This document shows, in pieces, positions 23,749 to 28,374 of a stretch of 28,374 nucleotides of DNA. The notes under the pieces are model-generated. The model was given only the letters and a program-made list of their open reading frames with translations. It was not told the DNA's origin and ran no database searches. Numbering within the stretch: the first letter of the stretch is position 1; each line of letters begins with the position of its first letter. A program made the translations under genes and the position numbers. Source of the stretch: a virus (lineage: Duplodnaviria; Caudoviricetes). Where the stretch lies: positions 1-28,374 of the IMG/VR virus record IMGVR_UViG_3300046779_000562; one strand, 5' to 3'.

Positions 23749-23757
23749 AGTATAGCA
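23749..23757 (-). promoter_or_regulatory. Extended -10 promoter TGcTATACT
   Basis: In the intergenic gap upstream of the Cas4-like gene; AAGGGG SD follows. Confidence 0.7.
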
Positions 23758-23759
23758 TG

Positions 23760-24071
23760 TTAGCGCATTATGTATTTAAGTGCTGATACTAAGTTGTTTA
23801 CTGCCTCTGCTGCTGTATAGTAGATGTTTTTCTTTGCCCGATTATTCTTATCAACATTTGCCATCCAAGTAGCCTTTAATGCTAACTTGCCTGCTATTGC
23901 CTGAAGTCTAACGATTTCAATGCTGGCTACAGGGGCAGGAATGTCAGGTTTAATAATTAACTTAGCAATCATTGTTAGAGCAGTATTGAGTTCTTCATCT
24001 TCCATAAACTCAGCAATCTCTGCCAAACCATTGATCATCTCTAGCGTTGTTTGTCCTGTACCTTCTGTCAT
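23760..24071 (-). CDS. Hypothetical helical protein
   Basis: SD AAGGAG; operon position. Confidence 0.75.
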   Translation of the reverse strand: MTEGTGQTTLEMINGLAEIAEFMEDEELNTALTMIAKLIIKPDIPAPVASIEIVRLQAIAGKLALKATWMANVDKNNRAKKNIYYTAAEAVNNLVSALKYIMR

Positions 24072-24072
24072 A

Positions 24073-24357
24073 TTATTCTCCTTCTATCAACTGTTCTAGT
24101 AATTCTAACTCTATTATAGCCAGACGTACCTTCTTTGTGCCCTCGCCTAGCACGATAACTAGCGCTGGATCCATACTTTTTTTGAGAGCATCGGTAACTG
24201 CTTTTGCCCATACATCCTGATTAAGTGTAAAAGATTTAGAACATTCTTTGAAGTCTAATACAAAGTTATGCCAAGAAGCATCGCCCTTTGTATTGTTTCT
24301 TCCAGAATTCTTGTGCTGCTTAGCACCTATTCTTTTAGATTCTCCACGTTCACTCAT
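24073..24357 (-). CDS. Hjc-like PD-(D/E)XK resolvase/nuclease
   Basis: 'E...A....NSGR...KGDA......DFKE' pattern followed by 'PALVI'. Confidence 0.65.
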   Translation of the reverse strand: MSERGESKRIGAKQHKNSGRNNTKGDASWHNFVLDFKECSKSFTLNQDVWAKAVTDALKKSMDPALVIVLGEGTKKVRLAIIELELLEQLIEGE

Positions 24358-24532
24358 TGGCGAAGTCTGCTTTTCTCTTTTTATCTGGCATCAAACTAAC
24401 CTTAGATACATGCTTTAATTCACACATCCAAGTTGCATCGCCACTTTCAATCCAAAGTCTAAGAGATTTTACTTCTTCTCCACATTTCTTACATGGAAAC
24501 TTGCCAGGAAATACTTTAAATTCTTTAGCCAT
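24350..24532 (-). CDS. Small Zn-ribbon hypothetical protein
   Basis: CKKC...WMCELKH. Confidence 0.7.
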   Translation of the reverse strand: MAKEFKVFPGKFPCKKCGEEVKSLRLWIESGDATWMCELKHVSKVSLMPDKKRKADFANE

Positions 24533-25541
24533 CTATTAACTTCTTCTTTAATTCTTCCTGTAGATTAAGGTCTTCTTTGACACGATTAATAAAACCATCT
24601 CTGCCCTGAACCTTAGTTCCATCATCAAGTTGATACCAAGCACCAGTTCTATTAACAAGTCCTGCTGCTTCTGCTGTATCTACAAGGTCACCAATAGAAT
24701 CAATACCAACTTCATCGCCTCTAAAGTAAAAGTCATACTCGCCTGACTGGAATCCTGGAGAAGTCTTAGAGAACTGCAGTTCCCAACGGATCTTTCTACC
24801 AATCTTTTCTTCAATCAACTTATCACCAATCTTAATCTTACCTTTAATGGCTTGATTATCTGACTCTGATGAGAACAGTTTAATAACTGTTGACGAGTAA
24901 AATTTAGTAGCCTGCCCACCTGTAGGTTGCTGGCTTGTATACATTGCATTAATATTATTACGTGATTGAGAAATCAATACAAATAATGTTGGTTTAACTT
25001 TGTTGTTAGCATAGTTAATCATCTTCCATGCATTGCTGAAGTCACGAGACTCAGCACCAATCTGCTTTGTATTCTCAAGTTGCTTAAGTTCATCTGAGTC
25101 CTTCTCAAAATAAATTGCGGGAAGTAAAGAAGTAATTGAGTCAACAACAACAATATCAACGCCAGCATTGATTAGGTTTGTTCCTACATCAACCATTTCA
25201 TTAATGGTACGTGCTTGTGAGTAAATAAGTTTAGATGAGTCTACTCCAAGACGTTCTGCCCAAACCTTATCGTATGACATTTCTGCATCAATCCATGCAC
25301 AGATCTTTCCTTCCTTCTGTGCCAGACCTATCATCTGAAGGCATAGAGAGGACTTTGCAGAGGATTTAGAACCCCATATAAGTACTTGACGACCATATGG
25401 TAGTCCACCTGCTAGTGCACGGTTTAAACCAAAACTTGGAGTCTCTGCATACTCTGTTGGAGGTACTGAGTCTCCAACCATAATAGTCTTACGCAACTTA
25501 GGGTTAAGTTGTGCTAATACTTCTTCCATTGATACTGACAT
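24525..25541 (-). CDS. recA: RecA/UvsX-like recombinase
   Basis: 'GGLPYGR', P-loop 'GSKSSAKS', 'WIDAE', 'VVVDSI', 'ISQSR', 'TGGQATKFYSS', 'GAWY'. Confidence 0.95.
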   Translation of the reverse strand: MSVSMEEVLAQLNPKLRKTIMVGDSVPPTEYAETPSFGLNRALAGGLPYGRQVLIWGSKSSAKSSLCLQMIGLAQKEGKICAWIDAEMSYDKVWAERLGVDSSKLIYSQARTINEMVDVGTNLINAGVDIVVVDSITSLLPAIYFEKDSDELKQLENTKQIGAESRDFSNAWKMINYANNKVKPTLFVLISQSRNNINAMYTSQQPTGGQATKFYSSTVIKLFSSESDNQAIKGKIKIGDKLIEEKIGRKIRWELQFSKTSPGFQSGEYDFYFRGDEVGIDSIGDLVDTAEAAGLVNRTGAWYQLDDGTKVQGRDGFINRVKEDLNLQEELKKKLIDG

Positions 25542-25876
25542 TAGAATCGTACCCCGTGCTTTTCTGGACGAGTCTTGTTAAACTCTACCTTTTCTCTCAA
25601 CATTTCATCAAGGGATAACTTAGTATATCCAGCCTCTACCATTCCAGCATATAGATCAAGTGTGCGGATTATAATATCTGCAAACTCCTTTGTGATTTCT
25701 TCTTCACCTTTATCTTTACGAACGGCTTCCATTACTTCTGTTACCTCTGAAACAATCATCATACACTGCTTTGCAATAAAAATATCATCTGTGTCTTCTG
25801 GATTTCCCCAAAAGCCTTTTTCTACTGCAATCTTGTGTAGATTAATTGCTAGATTATCAAACACGTTATCGTACAT
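25541..25876 (-). CDS. MazG-like nucleotide pyrophosphohydrolase
   Basis: 'SEVTEVMEA...EFADIIIR' (ExxE...ExxD), C-terminal 'KVEFNKTRPEKHG'. Confidence 0.85.
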   Translation of the reverse strand: MYDNVFDNLAINLHKIAVEKGFWGNPEDTDDIFIAKQCMMIVSEVTEVMEAVRKDKGEEEITKEFADIIIRTLDLYAGMVEAGYTKLSLDEMLREKVEFNKTRPEKHGVRF

Positions 25877-28374
25877 TTACTTCCTCCATTATCACTGTTC
25901 CATCTTTAGTCTTTCCAAACTTAAACTTATATGAGTTACCCTCTTCAATATGCATATATGCTTGAGCAAATGCTGTAGGGAATACTGTAACTGCATGTAA
26001 ATCTCTTGAAGTATCTGCTAGGGTAAGGGTTGCCATTTTCTTACCAGCCTTTGTAACTCTTGGCTTAAACGATACTACAAACATTTCTTCTTCTGTATAC
26101 GGCAACTGCTTATAGTTTAAGAACTTTACTAAAGCATGTGCAGAAGTTTTAATTTCTTCTACTGGAATTGCAGAAACAATTCTATTATCAGTAGCCAGAA
26201 GTAGGTAAGTCTTTCCTGGCTCAATAGTTGTCTGCTCTTCATCAAAGATACCAATAGAACCAGTCTTATCTAAGATTTCTACTCTTGACCAACCAGTACC
26301 ACGCTTAATAGACTTAACCATGCCCATAAGGATAAATGATCCCTTTTCTTCAAAATCAGATACTTCCTGAATGAAAGCATGATAATGCGAAGGTACTGTA
26401 ATATTAAACTCTGGAAGGTTTAAGTAATCATAAAGATTCTCTTTAATCTCTTCCTCATTACGTGGATTATCAGGGAAGTTTGCAGCGCCAATTACTCTTA
26501 GTGCTTGCAGTGCACGGCTATTTACTCCGTTACCCTTTGTAAAAGTAAACTCTTCAAGTTCTTTGTATGACTTAAATGGTCTAGCAGCAATATACTTTTC
26601 AGCAATATTATCTGAAATGTATTTGATTCCTGTTAATCCAAATCGAATACCCTTACCCTCAATCTTGAAGTCAGCATCTGAATCATTGATATGGGGCAGT
26701 TTGATAGGAATACCCATACGCTTAGCCTCAATTAGATATTCTGTACGACCATCTTTATCCTTCTCATTCTTAAGAAGGGCAAACATAAACTCAAGTGGAT
26801 AGTGGTACTTTAACCACGCCGTCCAATACGAGACAGTACTGTAGGCAACGGCATGTGATTTGTTGAACGAATACCCAGCATGTGCTTCAAAGTCCTGCCA
26901 AAGATCCAAAGCATTATTAGGGGAGATAAACTTAGAAGCACCAGAAACAAAACGATCCTTGAATTCATCAAATTCTTTAGCATCTTTTTTCTTTCCAATG
27001 ATTTTTCTAACTTTATCTGCTTCCGACATGGACATACCGCCAAGGTGTACGCATGTCTGCATAACTTGTTCCTGGTAAAGAACGCAACCATAAGTGTCTC
27101 CTGTAAACTCTTTCATAATCTGATGGATATAGGATACATTTTGCTTTCCGTGTTTACGAGCAATGTAGTCCTTACCAATTGTGTTCATAGCACCTGGTCG
27201 AACAAGAGCATTAGAAGCAGCAAGTTCATCTAGGTTTTTTACACCCATCTTAATTAGTAGGTTTGTATATGGAGTTGCTTCACACTGGAATACACCCTTT
27301 GTGTATCCACTAGAAAGCATTTCATATACATTTGCATCATCAAGGTTAATCTCTAATAGATTAATATCTCTAAAGTGATTCTTCTTAATCATATCAATAG
27401 TATCTTTAATAACACTAAGAGTCTTTAGTCCTAGCGCATCAATCTTAATTAGACCAATTCTTTCTGCCTCTTCCATATCAACACCAACAACAGGAATTCT
27501 ATCTGAACTGCCAGTAGCAGAGCGAGTCTCCATTGGTGCATGTCTAAAGATAGGCTCCTTAGAAGTAACAACACCAGCAGCATGGATACCTGTTCCACGA
27601 ATACGGCCACGAAGTTTATCTCCATAGATTTCTACTTCTGGATACTTTTCACGGAACCATGCAGTTGTCCTTGATGAGCAGTACTCATCCCATGTATCAA
27701 CAAGTTTAAGAACCTTATTTACATCTGTTAGTGGAATATCTAGAACTCGTGCAACATCTCGTACAACACCCTTGTCTTTAAACTGTAGGAATGTAGCAAT
27801 AGATGCAACATGGCGATACTGTCTAACAAGATAATCTTTTACTTCTTCACGACGTGAATCCTGAATATCTGTATCAATATCAGGGAAGTCATTACGTTCT
27901 GGGTTAATAAAACGGAAGAACAGCAAGCCATATTTGATTGGATCAATATCTGTAATTCCAAGTGAATAGCAAAGCAAAGAGCCAGCAGCAGAACCACGAC
28001 CAGGACCAACCATAATGCCTTCCTTCTTAGCCCAAGCAATCATGCTTTGAACTACAAGAAAGTATGGGCCAAAGTTCTTTGCCTTAATAATACCTAGTTC
28101 TTCATCAAGACGATCAAGGTATTCTTGGTTAGTATCCAAACCACGAGCCTTCAACCCTTCTAGGGCAAGAGACTTAAGTTCTTTATCTGGGTTCTTGTAT
28201 TGTACTGGTAGAAGGTTTAGACCATCTTTAATATCATAGTCTTCTACTTTATCTGCAATGGCTATAGAGTTGATATACATATCTTCTCTTACAATACCCT
28301 GCGATTCCATGGCTACCTTCATCTCATCATAAGATAAAAGATGGATATCAAACTTATTAAATGACATTTGACGG
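25866..28374 (-). CDS. dnaE: DNA polymerase III alpha subunit (family C), 5' end truncated by the window edge
   Basis: 'GPGRGSAAGS', 'RFINPER', 'PDIDTD', 'GIHAAG', 'KIDALGL', 'YQEQ', 'YSFNKSHA', OB-fold C-terminus; the frame is open to the window end. Confidence 0.97.
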   Translation of the reverse strand, partial: RQMSFNKFDIHLLSYDEMKVAMESQGIVREDMYINSIAIADKVEDYDIKDGLNLLPVQYKNPDKELKSLALEGLKARGLDTNQEYLDRLDEELGIIKAKNFGPYFLVVQSMIAWAKKEGIMVGPGRGSAAGSLLCYSLGITDIDPIKYGLLFFRFINPERNDFPDIDTDIQDSRREEVKDYLVRQYRHVASIATFLQFKDKGVVRDVARVLDIPLTDVNKVLKLVDTWDEYCSSRTTAWFREKYPEVEIYGDKLRGRIRGTGIHAAGVVTSKEPIFRHAPMETRSATGSSDRIPVVGVDMEEAERIGLIKIDALGLKTLSVIKDTIDMIKKNHFRDINLLEINLDDANVYEMLSSGYTKGVFQCEATPYTNLLIKMGVKNLDELAASNALVRPGAMNTIGKDYIARKHGKQNVSYIHQIMKEFTGDTYGCVLYQEQVMQTCVHLGGMSMSEADKVRKIIGKKKDAKEFDEFKDRFVSGASKFISPNNALDLWQDFEAHAGYSFNKSHAVAYSTVSYWTAWLKYHYPLEFMFALLKNEKDKDGRTEYLIEAKRMGIPIKLPHINDSDADFKIEGKGIRFGLTGIKYISDNIAEKYIAARPFKSYKELEEFTFTKGNGVNSRALQALRVIGAANFPDNPRNEEEIKENLYDYLNLPEFNITVPSHYHAFIQEVSDFEEKGSFILMGMVKSIKRGTGWSRVEILDKTGSIGIFDEEQTTIEPGKTYLLLATDNRIVSAIPVEEIKTSAHALVKFLNYKQLPYTEEEMFVVSFKPRVTKAGKKMATLTLADTSRDLHAVTVFPTAFAQAYMHIEEGNSYKFKFGKTKDGTVIMEEVNVR

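Noticed and set aside
1-28374. Stop-codon reassignment (alternative genetic code)
   Set aside because: Conserved genes are intact under code 11; TAA, TAG and TGA all end genes at sensible positions; no suppressor tRNA is seen.
19246-28374. Inteins or introns in terL, recA or dnaE
   Set aside because: Motif spacing and lengths are compact, with no intein splice-junction or LAGLIDADG motifs visible in the part within the window.
1-28374. Bacterial chromosome origin (recA, dnaE, trxA and tRNAs present)
   Set aside because: Terminase, lysin, holin, DUF3310, many short overlapping hypothetical ORFs and the divergent RecA/DnaE indicate a large phage genome.

Overview
This AT-rich, gene-dense 28.4-kb segment comes from a large tailed dsDNA phage, most likely infecting Actinobacteria. 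The host evidence is a WhiB regulator, an actinobacterial-type Zn-finger protein, SigA-type promoters including a leaderless one, and a surface protein resembling those of freshwater acI/Nanopelagicales; the host genus is an inference. The + strand (1-5187) carries the end of a tRNA cluster (a partial tRNA, Ser-GCT, Arg-TCT) and a six-gene glycan-synthesis operon of five glycosyltransferase-like ORFs plus an FkbM methyltransferase. The rest is on the - strand. From the right end it reads: DnaE (5' end outside the window), MazG-like, RecA, resolvase-like and Cas4-like nucleases, RuvC-like, an HTH protein, DUF3310, and small and large terminase. It continues with an S-layer-like protein, an 815-aa coiled-coil surface protein with two small membrane proteins, an HslV-like protease, a subtilase, tRNA-Asn, tRNA-Gly, Hsp20, HNH, a CHAP endolysin, FmdB, thermonuclease and thioredoxin. 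It ends with two probable head-associated modular proteins, WhiB, an XapX-like protein, a holin and a Stealth-family phosphotransferase. The most notable signals are: a ROSE-like RNA thermometer in the hsp20 5' UTR; an orphan ~85-nt structured RNA with its own -10 box between hsp20 and the HNH gene; a possible phage-encoded surface-remodelling/glycosylation system; recurring K-A junctions and a C-terminal WxGS motif in the head-associated proteins; and a frameshifting deletion in the endolysin cell-wall-binding domain. All family calls come from motif recognition by eye, with no database searches.
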